Below are positions 51,716 to 64,000 of a stretch of DNA of 64,000 bases, in pieces. Source of the DNA: Blasia pusilla (taxonomy: Eukaryota). Made by a program: the position numbers and the translations under genes. The stretch lies in the NCBI GenBank assembly GCA_050084515.1, contig CM114271.1:11780001-11844000 (forward strand), in the 5' to 3' direction. A model generated the notes under the pieces. It was given only the letters and a program-made list of their open reading frames with translations, did no database searches and was not told where the DNA came from. The stretch's first letter is position 1, and each line of letters starts with the position of its first letter.

Positions 51716-53265
51716 CCGAACTATGTCTATGGGTCTTCCACCCCTTGTAATGAGCTCGATGGCGACCGGGACGGTAGAGGCATCGGCTGGGGGCGAGGAG
51801 AGTAGTATTTTGCATCCTTGGAGTAAATGGGATGTAATGGTGGGCATGTGGAGTTGGTTGCTCATCTTTGGTGGAGGAGTTATTTGCTCAGATGATGGTG
51901 TAGGTAAGGGTGTACCATCTTGTGAGGGGGTTACGTAGCAGCCAATGGCATCGTCCTCTCCCTCTAGTGTGCCAATGGAGGAGACTTGGGAGCCATTTCT
52001 TGGGCCCAAGCTTACGGGAGGTGAGAAACGACGCTTGACACAGTTCCTACGTGCTTATAGGAGTTGTTTTGCCTTTAGCATGAAGGAGTTGGGTTCTCTA
52101 GTTGGACGCGGTATACGGATTGATTTGGCTAGTGATACGCCAATCTTTCGTCGTCCCTACCGATATAGTGATATGGAGAGGGACCTGATTCAGAGTAGGA
52201 CGTTGGACCTTTTGGAGGCTAGATTAGTGGAGTTGTCGCATGGAGAGTATGCATCAGCCACTGTCATGCCTGCTAAAAAGGATATGTATGGCAACTACAC
52301 GAATAGGCAGATGTGTGGAGATTACCATTCTATCAATCGGCAAACCAAGGCCGATAGGTATGCCATGCCTACACCTGAGGAGAACTTTGATGTGGTGGGA
52401 TAGGCAAAGATTTTCGGTACTTTGGATCTTCGGGCAGGATACATAGACCTGGAGTTGCCAACCTTGATGCCGATGGGTTGAGTAGGAACCCATGTACTAG
52501 CCAAGAGGATACAACTGGGGATAGATGGCATGGCGAGGTTGATGAGGAGATGGTGTCAGGTTGGCATGCATCCGCCTTTTTATGTTGGTTAGGGGTGGAC
52601 TCTAGTATGGAGGATCACATGATATCTTACTCTAGTCAGAGGGTAGATGGCCAGCCTTCAGATCCTAAGGTTGGAGATGGTGGTACGGATCAGCGTGATA
52701 TTCATGATGATTCGTTGGTGTTGGAGTTCCTACGGACCAGTAGTGTGCCAAGCATAGTGAGTGCCAAGGAGCGAGACCGTGTTCTTCAACGTGCTAAGAG
52801 GTATCGAGTGGAGGGAACACATATTCTCCGCGTGTGGGAGGATGGTAGAGTACGAGTAGTGCCACATTTGGCTCAGAGAGAGCGCATTGTGCGACATGCC
52901 TAGGAGGAGTTGGGATATTTTGGGGTAAAGCGTACATTTAGCTTACTCCTTGGCCAGTATTGGTGGCGTGGCATGCATACTCATGTGCTGCAGTTGGTGT
53001 CACGTTGTATGGTTTGTGACCGGGTGAGTCGTGTGGTTCAGACTCATGTTGGAGGGTCTAGAATCTAACACCTCGTGCACTTGTACAATAGTGTGGTTCA
53101 GACGGTGAAGAAGGCATTGCGCAAGTATCACACGTCTGACTCATGTTGGAGGGTCGTGATGGAGTTGTTTGGAAGGACGATGTGCATAATTGTGCGCCAT
53201 GTCATCTTCCAAATGTGGATGGTACTGTTGACCCAAGCTTAGCCATGATACGTGCTAGCTTGAGG

Positions 53266-53406
53266 TGCATGTTGTGTGGGTCTGCTGGTAACGCAGCCCG
53301 TATGTTGGTGTGTGATTGGTGTCCTAGGGGTTGGCACATGATGTGTTTGAATCCACGTATGGATGTTGTTCCTACTGGAAGGTGGGTTTGTCCTCGATGT
53401 TCTTAG
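53266..53406 (+). other. PHD finger (copy 2)
   Basis: CMLCGSAGNAARMLVCDWCPRGWHMMCLNPRMDVVPTGRWVCPRC. Confidence 0.92.
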
Positions 53407-54165
53407 GAGAGGTAGATGACTTGATCTTTGCATGATATGGATTACAGATGTGCGACTAACGATGGGGCAACCTAGCACCCGGCCTTCTGATTCGGGCACC
53501 CAAGAAGGTGTATAGCATTTAGTAGATGTATAGGGCTACCTGGGAGTTAGAGGGACCTAACCGCCTGTTAGGGGGGCGAGTTGTGGTACACTTGTGTTTG
53601 TGGATGCTCTCGTCTATGTTATGTATGTATGTGAGTATGGTATGTCAGCGATGTATGTTGTATGACGATGTGGATTCGCACGACAGCTGTCATGACCATA
53701 CGGATTATGTCGTAGAGTATAGTGTGCTAGTAGAGGCCATTCCTTATGTAGGACCGTAGTGGCTTGGTAGAGATGCGGTTTCATACATAGGGTTGGGGGT
53801 TACTCAGTTGGAGGTGACTTTCCGAGTAGGGCCCGCTCTTAGGTTGGAGTATATAAGGTGGAGTGCACTCAAAGAACAGTCAGATCTTTGAGTTGAGCCT
53901 ATTGCGTTGGGAGTTAGCCTTGGTACTGAGTAGAGCTCTTGGCTATGGTGTTTCCCGCAAGCTTTGACCTAGATTCTCCCATCGTGGAGTGGGTTTGGCT
54001 CGATTGTATGTGATTGTATACGTGTTTTATCACAGTAGGTCTTTCACGGATTTCAGTTGTGGTACACTTGTGTTTGTGGATGCTCTCGTCTATGTTATGT
54101 ATGTATGTGAGTATGGTATGTCAGCGATGTATGTTGTATGACGATGTGGATTCGCACGACACCTT

Positions 54166-57100
54166 CCAAACCATACCATCGCGTCCCTCCAATAAGAGAA
54201 CATCAGATGGCAAAACCTCACGCACTCTCAAGATAGTGCGCCCTGTAATCACATCCAATATTGTGGGTGCCGTATGTTCCAAGTAGACATAGTCTCCCTG
54301 ATGAAACCTCCAGATAGTTGGTCGATAACCACCTCCCAGAATAGTCGCATACCTCAACGTATCCCGATGTTGCGTAGTCGCCAAGTTCTCAAACGCCATG
54401 GACATCACTCTCCGAAACAACTCAGCCCGCTTAGAACATGCTCGCATCCATACATCAGGGTCATCAATATGCAACACCTCACCAACATCTCGACGAATGG
54501 CCGCAAGTAAATCTGGCTTGCGGCCATAAAGCAGCAAGTACGGTGAGAAAGACGCTAAGGGTGCGTGCTTGGTGAATCTGTATCCCATCGCCAATCACGG
54601 AAATTGAAGGTCCCAATCTCCTAGGTGACCTCTTTGTAAGCCAAACTTGCGCAATCCTCTCGTCACCGTCTGCACAATCCTCTCCGCTTGTCCATCCGCC
54701 TCAGGATCATCTCGTGAAGTGGTGATGTGGTCGATCAGCGCCTGATCACATAAGCTAGGCCTGAAACTCCCCATGAAACTCCATACCCTGGTCTGTCAAC
54801 ACCTCAGCTGGTGCGCCAAAATGACTCAGCACTCGATTTAGGAAGGCATACGCTACTTCCTCACTTGCTTTTTCAGGCAATGTAACCAACTCTATCCACT
54901 TTGAGAAGTATTCGACCATCACCAACACATAACGACTATGGCACTCCGTCAAAGGTAAAGGTCCTGCAAAATCCAAATTCCATCTTTAACCTAAATCCAT
55001 GATCGGAAGTGGATGCAACTGTGGAGTCGGAGCATTCAACGATGCTCGAACCCGATCACACACCATGCACATGGCAACAAACTGCTGAACGTCAGTTTGT
55101 ATGCCTCGCCACCAATACTATATCTGGAGCAAGTTTTACGTCCACTTCACTCCAAAATGACCCAACTCGTCGTGGGCATGACGCACTAAACGTGCTCTCT
55201 ATGAAAGATGAGGAACTACACATACTCTACCATCCTCCCAAACTCGCAACACATGTGTCCCCTCCCACTTGAACCGTCTAGCTCGTTGTAGGATCCGATC
55301 CCGCTCTCTAGCATCCATTGTCCTTGCCACACTGCAAGTACGCACGTACTCCAAGACTTCTCCATCGTTGTGAATATCTCGGCCACCTCTCGTCCGCTTA
55401 CTCGCGTCTGGATCTAAGGACTCTCCATCAGACCTGTCCATCAAAGTCTCAGCAATCCGGCTCTCCATAGCCAACAAGCCTAAATAGGCTGACGCGTGCC
55501 ATTGTGGCACCAACTCCTCATCACTCTCACCATGCCAACGACCTGGAGTCGCATCCTGCTGACTCGGGCATGGGTTACGACTCAAACCATCTGCATCTTG
55601 GTTGAGCATCCCATGTCTATGCACCAGATGGAAATCATTCTCTTGCAACAAGAGAGCCCATCTTGCAAGGTTCCTTGTAAGCTTGTCGGACTCCATCAAC
55701 CACTCAAGTGGCTGATGATCAGTAATAATGGTAAAGGGGTTGCCGAATAGATAACACCGGAGATGTGCAACAACCCACACTGCAGCCAAGCACTCACCTC
55801 ATATGAGCTGCACTTCGCCTATGCATCGTTGTTCGAGCAACTAGCATAAGCCACCATGAATTCTCTACCCTCATCATCATGCTGGGTGAGCACGGCTCCA
55901 AGCCCCAACATGCTCCAATCGGTATGCAACTAGAAAGGATGCCCCCTTATTGATCTCCTCAATATGGGCACGGACGTCAATCAATCATTGAGTGGTTGAA
56001 ATGTTCTCTTCTGCTCATCCCCCCAGTGCCATTCCTGATCCACCTTGGGCAGCAAGGTTAGCGTTTGCAATCAAACTGAAATCCTTGAGGTACCTTCGAT
56101 AGAAGTTCGCCAACCCCATGAATGCACGAACTCGACCCACATCTGTAGGGTGTGGAATGCGTGAAATAGCCGATACCTTCATCTTCTGCAAACCAAGGCC
56201 ACCTGGTTATATCGCATGACCCAGGTACTCAATCTGATCGTAGAAGAACTTGCACTTGCCTGGATATAGCTTCAACCCATGTAATTGCAATTGTCAAAAT
56301 ACCTCCTTTAGATGTCGCTCATGCTCCTCAATTGTGGTGCTAAAGACTACGATGTCATCAATATAACACCTAGCAAAATCCAGACATGCCAAGATCCTAT
56401 CCATGATCCTCTTAAACTCAATCGGGGAATTGTTTAACCCAAATGGTAAGAACCGCCACTGGTACAAACAATCCTTCCCATGAGGATCGATGCCCCAAAA
56501 TGCCGTCTTTTGCTTGTCCTCCAATCTGATAGGCAGCTGATGGTATCCAGCTTGAAGATCTAATGAACTGAAGATCTGTGTATGCTCAATAGCATCAAAG
56601 ATCTCCTTAGGAGTGGGCATAGCATACCTTTGTCTGCGGATTGATAGGTCGGTAATCTCCACACATCCGCCTATCTGTCCAATTACCATGCACATCCTTC
56701 TTGGTGAGCATGACAGTGGCAAATACATACTCTCTGTGCAACATCTCCACTAGTCTTGCTCCAAGAAAGTTCTGGCTCCTACTCTCAATCAAAGCCCTCT
56801 CCATATCACTGTACTTGTAGGATTGTCGAAAGATCGATGTGTCGCTCGAAAACTCAATGCAGATCCCTAGACCCTTTAGTGTACCCAAATCATGCATGCT
56901 AAATGCAAAACAACTCCTATAACTCCTAAGGAACTGAGGTATCCGTCGCCGCTCTCCTTTTGTCAACTTAGGGCCCATATTTGGCTCCCAAGTCTCCATC
57001 GTGACTCCGGTAGGACTCTATGGCGAGGGTGTTGGTGGTTGCTATGGTGCAATCCCGTCTCGGACAGTAGAACTCGACTGCTCCCCTGTAGCCAACTGCC

Positions 57101-60100
57101 AAATCTGATCTCCTCCACGTGTAGTACCCGGAACCACGCTCGATGTTGTGGCTATCATCTCTGGGCGTACCTGAAAAACATCTGAAGAAGTCCAAGGGTG
57201 TCTCTCCTGATCATCCTTGGTGTGTCAATCTCCTTGGGTCTCGCCCCAACCACTGCCTCAACCGTCTCGATAGGCATGGGGCTCACCAAGCAACAGCTAT
57301 AACCTGTCGTAATCTCAAACGACGTTGCTCAGCAACTCCTAAGCTGAAAATCCATGTCAAGCAGTTCAAGTCTATCGCCTGACCCAAGACATGACATCGT
57401 ACTGCCTTTGATAGTGACGATGCTGCCATCACCCTTGTGGAAAATCATATTGCTCGCTCTCGCTCAATGGCGTTGGGCTCCGCCAACTGCTATATCTAGT
57501 CATCCCAAACCAAACCAAGTCCGGCCTCCTTGAATGCATAGAAAGCGGGAAAAATCACAAATGTGGGAAAGGCTGCCCATGGCATGCCAATCCTGTTGAC
57601 CACAGTCAACGGAGATCGATTATGGTGCCGTACTACCTGTGACCGACAACCTGGATCTAGAATAGAATCCACCAACAAATGGAAGGGGCGCTCCACTCTC
57701 GCATACGCCCTCCGCAACACCTCATGTGGCACCAAGTTGGTCCACCAAAGACGCGGGTGATGTGCTTATGAACCTACAATTTCTGCATCCAACAATACTG
57801 CCGTGCCAATTCATGGGCGCACCTAATGTGCACTTGTCACCACGCGGGACCTCGAATCACCCAAAATCGGCATTTTCTCGAGAATGTATGTTGGAGAACG
57901 GGACTGATGCTCTTGCAAGTATCGCAAGATCTGCATCATCTCCCAGAACAACCTAGACCGAGAGTTAGCTAACCCGCTACTTTTTCCAACACTCGATCGG
58001 CAGTAACATGACCAATCTGTGCAATGACCAAATCTATGGTCCCTACCCACTCCAAGTCTTGCGCCCCCAACAAAGAAATGCCTTACAATAGGGAACTCTG
58101 GTAACCTTGGATGGAGGACGCAGACAACAAGTCGGGAAATCAAAGGCGTAATTGCGCCACATGGTGAAGTGAAGCGCGCCTCGCAAAGTACAAGTACTGT
58201 TGCATGCGCACTCTTGCTTGCAAAACAACATCCAACACATAAATACCCTCCTCTGGGATGCACCACACAATCGGGGTGGTGTCCCAAGGGGTTATAGTAG
58301 CAATCCTGGCTACCTCGGGTTCCTCTGACCTGTCATGCTCTGGTGCAAACACCTCACTCCAGGCCGTTTGCACGTGCGTTGGAGCTCCTCACTCAAGCCC
58401 CACAGCGGCACCTCTCTTCCACGGAACGGTGCGGCTACCATATCACTCCTCTCCCTAGAAATTTTAGACGCCGAGTTATCCTCTGCATGGATATGCTCCT
58501 CAATCAACTCAAAAGGCCACGTGATGGCGCTGCTAAATGCTGCTAAAGTCGCCATCTCTCATGGCCGTCGCTCAATCACTCCACTTGTGAATCAAACGGG
58601 TAATGAAAAAATTCGTCCATCACCGGACCGCCATCTTGGTGCGTTGGATGCTGACTCCTCCAAGTAATCCAGGGAAAATCCCATCATGTACAACACTGCT
58701 CCACCAACCAAGATACCATAGGACCGTACATCGATCACTATTGCCTTCGCTCGCACCACGGACTCATGTGTAGGATGTCTTGGGCAAATCCTCACCACAA
58801 CCTTCTCTCCGATGATAAATTGTGTGGTACTTGCTCCACCCAAGGCTGTGTGTATCCGAAATGGAAAACGTTCAACATCGGCCCTTGTCAGGCCCAACCC
58901 TATAAACACGGCTTTCCTCAACATCAGGGGTTGCCCTCCTGAATCTAACAAGAAACGTTGTGGAAAAAATAATCTACCTCATGGACTCACCAACTGGAAG
59001 ATCTCTCCCCGGTTATCCAGCAACACAACACCTGGAGCAACCATGGCTCGCTCTATCATGTGTCTAGCAGGCATCTCCGCCATCCTAGTAGCTGCAACCT
59101 ACCATGAATCTAAGGTGGACGGCCCAAGCATCGGCTCCAAGGGCAGGTCCATCATCTCCTCTACAATCACATCTGAACGTGATGCAGAAACACCATCTCC
59201 ACACTCACATAGCGTAGCGGCCAACCAGAAAACCTCGGCGGGCGTACCTCCCAACGTCATAACATCAAAAGTAGAAAATATCAGAGCACGGTACACCATT
59301 GTGGCTACCCCCAACATCATACTTGACACATGGTCCTCCCGAGCATCAGCAATAGGAGTCATCGCACTCACTTCTCCCATCCCCCTCCGTGCTTGTACAC
59401 CAACAACATCAACTCTCCGGGAACCCTGATTAGGACCCATCGATGGGATCCTCATTGCCTTGGACAACGTAAAGACTCAGGAAGCTTGGTCAATTTCATG
59501 GCTTCTCCTCTTTGTGGATTCACCTCTGCGGAGGCTCCACGTGTAAGAGCAGTGGCTGCCTCTAACTGCACAGTCGCGCACATCCAGCGAGGATCCTCCA
59601 TATCTCTGGCTGCTCCATAAGACGTCGATGCCACGGCTCCGAGAGTGGGTAACCTCAATGCCACAGCAAAAATATGATGTTGTAGCTGCTGTATCTGAGC
59701 AGCCATCCCAGCCTCATGCCCGACGTCTCCCTCGACGCATCTAGGTGGTGGGACTCTACCTCCTCCACGGGCAACTCCACCATCCCCTCGAGAAAATCTA
59801 GCTCCTGGTCCCCTATTGGGACCACCTAGTGCACGACCTCTAGGCCCACCCGGACCGGAAACTCGCTCTGGTGCCCTCCCTGGTCCTTGGTCCAGACGTA
59901 ACTCAGGGTGTAAGCTGAAAAATAGCGTACGTGTATGACCATACCTGTGACAATAGTCACATTGATTAACTCGTGGTGTAGCACCATCTCCTCCTCTATG
60001 ATGAGGTACGCGCCCATGACCCTGACGAGTGCAATCGCACTGGTGATGGGCTCCACCACATGCCCAACAAATAATCACAGCCTGCTGCTGTTGAGTTGCA

Positions 60101-60310
60101 CATTGAAGGTGCAGATCTCTATGGCACGGCCTCCTGGTATCCTCTCTCAGCTTGTGGTGCCACAGACCTATCTCGGAATCCACGTTGCTGCATTGGTGGT
60201 GCAGGCAAGCGTGATTTCTCTCGCCTAGAACCCATGGTGGCTACACTCTCCTCTGCCATGTTGCGCTTAATGTTCTTGACGGTCGTAAAAACATCTCTCA
60301 ACGTAGGTGA
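54166..60310 (-). mobile_element. Body of older family-3 element: gag (5'-truncated), PR, DNMT (about 57300-58260), RT, RH, INT
   Basis: CWACGGAHHQCDC and CDYCHRYGH, LDSGGQPLML, DLVIA, RSRLFWEM..YILEKMP, YIDDIV, DFAGPLP, VLTDQGMEF. Confidence 0.9.
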
Positions 60311-61318
60311 CACTAGAAGAATAAGGTGACTTTCATGACTTGAAAATATGACTCCATAGAGTCACATTTTACAAACCATGACTAAATATGACCCATGACT
60401 CCACCACTCTTAAAAGACAAGTCATATTTGTCATGACTATAGTCATTTAATTTAATCAAGTCATATATAAATGACTCATGACTGAGTATGTATAATATAT
60501 AACATGGAGAAAAGACAAAAATTTTAGATGATTACACGTCATCAGTCCGATGTGGAGTACCACGTCACTTGTACGGAATAGATAATAAGATAAACGACTT
60601 AAATTTCTGAAAAATTATCATAGGCCCTTAATGACTCATAGTGATGTGCGAGTGTGACTCATAGAGTTATTTCATGACTCCCCAAAACAATTTGATTTAC
60701 TCACAAAGTCATGTCATGATTCAATGATGACTTATGATATTACTCATTGAGTCTCTTCAATTAGTCATGTAGTCATTTATTTGTTGGTGAATAGCATATG
60801 TATGACTCATAGGTACAATAAATGACTCAAGCGATGACTTGGAGAGTAATTCATTGACTAAAGAGTTGTACCATATATGGCACAATGAGTCATCATTTGA
60901 CTAGATTATAATCACTTTGGGAGGGCATTGCAACCATAATGACTCTTGAGTGTTTTCTTAAAGGAAAAACCTATGAACTATTGATTCAAGTGGACTGGGT
61001 ATTTTTTATGGTTTGACAAGTAGGTGTTGGTAGATCTTCATTTGCTTCTATGTCAATTTAAACCCCATTTAATGAGTGATTGAAAAAAGGAGTTCCATTG
61101 AAATTTTAAATGTAAATAGCCAAGAACAGAAATTTAACACCTCAAAGGAGAAGACAAAATTTAATGGATTGTCAAGTGGTGTTTTTCACAACTTCTCTTC
61201 TGAATTCTGTCAAGTTTGAACCAAAAACAGGGTTCAAATTCCCTTGTAGGGTCTAGAGAAGAGTTAAACAGAAACATAAAGTACAAATCTGAACACCCAG
61301 TCCAATAGAAGTAGATTA

Positions 61319-61591
61319 CTATACTCTCTTTTTCAGATTTTTTTCAAGCCAGAGTACAACTGATCGTAGAGCATCATCCAACACATATTGTGGTGTCTCA
61401 TCTTCCTCATTTGCTTTCCATAACTTGAAACTAGGCTCAATGGCCTCAATCAAGCAACAAGAGAGTGTCCCTATTGGGATTTCCTTCCCATAGATCCGAT
61501 CTTTCCCTGGAAGACCACTGACCACCCCATGATTGATAACATGTCGTGTATTCCTCGGTTCAGTAAAATCAACCTTGTCTCCAACTTGCAA
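61319..61591 (-). pseudogene. Terminal exon resembling the CACTA TNP1/TnpA C-terminal domain
   Basis: LQVGDKVDF...INHGVVSG...IYGKEIP...PQYVLDDALRSVVLWLEKNL*. Preceded by an acceptor and a Lys-rich upstream exon (about 61800-62020). Confidence 0.55.
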
Positions 61592-62479
61592 CTGATATGA
61601 AAAAAGAAGAATAAATACCTTTGCCAACAATCATCAACAATTGGATAAAGTCCACGATTGTAATGTCACAAACATTGTACCTTTTTGTAAGACCAGCCAT
61701 TAAGTGGGAACATCCCTCTGAACTTGACTTCATCCATGTTTAAAATCTGCCAAGAACAATATCTGAAATGTCAATTATATTGCAAGGAAAATATAGAAAT
61801 GGGGATTTAGGAAGTACTCTTGTTTTCTTCCTCCCGCCATCTGACTTTGGTTTGCTCTCATTTCCATCACTAACAACATCAGATTTCACCTTAGTTGCCT
61901 TCAACTTTTTCTTCATTGGAGAAGAAAGTAATGATTGGATGCCAACTTCAAAAGGTTGATTCCCTGGTTGAGCACCTTGCTCTAGCGCCAATTCTTTCCT
62001 TGACACATGAGAAGACTATAAACCTGAGAAGAAAATTTACGAACAAAAGAATTTCAAAGCACTTGTCCTCAAGGCATGAAAGAATCCCATTTCAACAAAT
62101 CAGGAGTGACTAATATGACGCCTATTTGATTCACTCACACTAGAACAAATCATGGTTTTAATAATTGGCTCATATGACTCATTTTAGTCATATATAACCA
62201 TAAATGACTGGCCATGACTTGTGACTCATGAAGTCACAAAAGCCTATTCATGTACCATATCATGATTGGAGTCATTTAGAGATGACTCATGGAGTCATTT
62301 TGTTATATGACTAACAGGTCATCAAGCCATTGCACGTGTGAAACCATAGTCATATAGTATGATTGCTATGTCATCATGTGACGTGGCAACTACATAAAGT
62401 GAACGAGGTATGTATGGACACGTGCTTATGAAGTTTTATGACTAAGTCATATTCATAAATTAACTTATGTATATGAATG

Positions 62480-62960
62480 AGTCATGAAGCATGACTTAGT
62501 CATATTGATCATTGTGACTTGATTAAATAAATGGATATGATTGAGTCATACCATACAATTCAGTCATATTGATCAATTTAAATTGTCAAAATTACGTGAG
62601 ATTATTGAATCAGAAGATTCTACTGAGTCATATTGATCACCTTAATTTATCTAAATGACTTGAGATTATTGAATCATAAGTTTATATTGAGTAATATTGA
62701 TCACCTTAAGTTGTCTTAATGATTGGAGATTATTGGGGAAAAATTTTATACCGAGTCATAATGATCACTCTAGTTTGTCTAAATGACTAAATGTGGATGA
62801 GTCATAGAGTATGACCAAATCATATTGATGAGTTTGGCATGGATAAATAAATGTATATACGAGTCATAAAATATGACCAAGTCATAATGATGAGTTTGCA
62901 ATACTTAAATGACTGATTGACATTAGTCATAAAATATGGACGAATCATACTGATGGAGTT
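62480..62960. repeat. Degenerate tandem repeat, unit about 62-65 bp, about 7 copies
   Basis: Recurrent AGTCATATTGATCA...AAATGA...GAGATTATTG. Confidence 0.8.
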
Positions 62961-63504
62961 GTTGCATTCAAATGGCTATATTTGCTTTAGTTGATTCTTG
63001 TTAATGGTGTTTTGAGCTTTAGTGTCAAAAAGAGCTTTTTTTATAGTATGTTTGAATTGTAGTGATTTTTTTTTAAAGATTTAGAAGATAGGAGTTGTCC
63101 CACTAACAAGCTAGTCTTACAATAATTTAGATTGAGCTATAATAAATAATGTTGTAGCATGTAGCATGAATAAGTCTAATCTGAAATATTGAGAAAGTGC
63201 TAACATAACACTAAAATCTCGAAAATGCATCAGTAAGCTTTTGTTTTCATAGTTTAGCCCTTTGAAAAGGTTAATCCCCTTCAAAATTGCTTGTGAAACA
63301 TCAATCATGAAGAGAAGTTGCAACAATAGGAAAAAAACCAATAGATCAGATAGAAAGTGGAAGAAAGAAAGTGCAAGCACAAACCATTTTCATTATTGTA
63401 ACCAAGTGATGTAAAGAGTAAAGCACTTTCAAAATCGAATGTCCAGAAAGAGACACATAATAAATATCAACAATAGAAGTTGGGTTTAGAATGAACCAAG
63501 ATAT

Positions 63505-63773
63505 CTATCGTACAACTTTCTTCAAGTTCACTTCATGCCAAAGCATACTACTCCCAAGAGCATCACCTAAGGTGTATTGGGGCGGCATGTCTGCTTCTTC
63601 ATAGTTTATGATCGAGATAAGCCAATTGAACAAACTTCAAGTCTACTCGCACCCATCCGAGGGGGATTTCACTCCCATGGCTCAAGTCCACTCAAGCCCG
63701 TCACCACACCATTGCCCAAAATGGTCTTGCTGAGCTTAGGTTTGGTGAGTTGAACCTCATCTCCCACTCGCAG
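63505..63773 (-). pseudogene. Second, frameshifted paralog of the 61319-61591 exon
   Basis: LRVGDEVQLTKPK...NGVVTGLSG...HGSEIPLGWVRV...PPQYTLGDALGSSMLWHEVNLKKVVR*, with the acceptor at the same position. Confidence 0.65.
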
Positions 63774-64000
63774 CTGCAAACAACCCCGAAAAGCGAGTCA
63801 TCTTAGCCAACAAAAGCAAATAGATCATAGATTGACAAGTAAATACCAACTATTCTTTACCTTGGTAAAAGACCAACCCTCGGAAGGTAGTGATCTTGAA
63901 AACTTTATATAATTTATTAGTGTTGACGTTTTTTTTTTATGCTATGCTTTGAAGAAAGTTAAAAAAAAAGCTCCCACATGACATAAAAAGTCAGTTATTG

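Larger units (their letters stand above)
46041..54161 (+). mobile_element. Ty3/gypsy-type DNMT/PHD retrotransposon, copy 2 (internally deleted): A1 46041-46408, B1 53580-53685, GC, A2 53688-54055, B2 54056-54161
   Basis: TGTCATG...CACGACA with 4-bp TSD CCTT (46037-46040, 54162-54165). Removing it restores the host frame EGRDGMVWKDHMRN. Most of RT/RH is lost at about 52442 and the integrase core at about 53030-53140. Confidence 0.95.
60320..64000 (-). mobile_element. CACTA (En/Spm)-like DNA transposon remnant
   Basis: Dense ATGACTCAT/GTCAT motif fields and two TNP1/TnpA-like exons. No terminal CACTA TIR identified. Confidence 0.5.

Noticed and set aside
46041-54161. DIRS/Ngaro/PAT tyrosine-recombinase element, suggested by split repeats and a methyltransferase
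   Set aside because: No YR motif seen; gypsy-order RT-RH-DDE integrase, an aspartic protease, TG...CA ends and 4-bp TSDs are present; the methyltransferase is C5-cytosine type rather than the adenine type found in DIRS.
53580-54161. B-A-B as an independent TRIM-like mini-element
   Set aside because: It has no TSD of its own, always follows the PPT, and the TSD pairs B2 with A1 in both copies.
62480-62960. CRISPR-like array
   Set aside because: Whole units are degenerate tandem copies without unique spacers; no cas genes; eukaryotic context.

Overview
Eukaryotic, intron-containing DNA, probably from a non-flowering green plant or streptophyte alga (inferred from PAN3 plus a plant-type U-box/ARM gene). 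There are two host genes: a 5'-partial PAN3 (916-6246, +) and a U-box/ARM E3 ligase (about 36081-43047, +). The rest is nested transposon DNA. The main feature is a Ty3/gypsy-type retrotransposon lineage with the domain order gag-protease-DNMT3-like cytosine methyltransferase-RT-RNaseH-DDE integrase-PHD finger. It occurs as two younger copies with exact ends (9648-21556, TSD CATG; 46041-54161, TSD CCTT), each inserted antisense into an older relative. These elements lack a normal LTR pair. Their ends are split: A1 - internal - PPT - B1 - GC - A2 - B2, with a palindromic B|A junction and a Tf1-like self-priming site in place of a tRNA PBS. My inference is that the reverse-transcribed LTR is B+A and that a 2-LTR circle is opened at a site inside the LTR and integrated in permuted form. 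Also present: a degenerate Ty1/copia element, a LINE ORF1 fragment with a (GA)n tract inside copy 1, a foldback inverted repeat and CACTA-like remnants. All calls come from reading the sequence; no searches were run.
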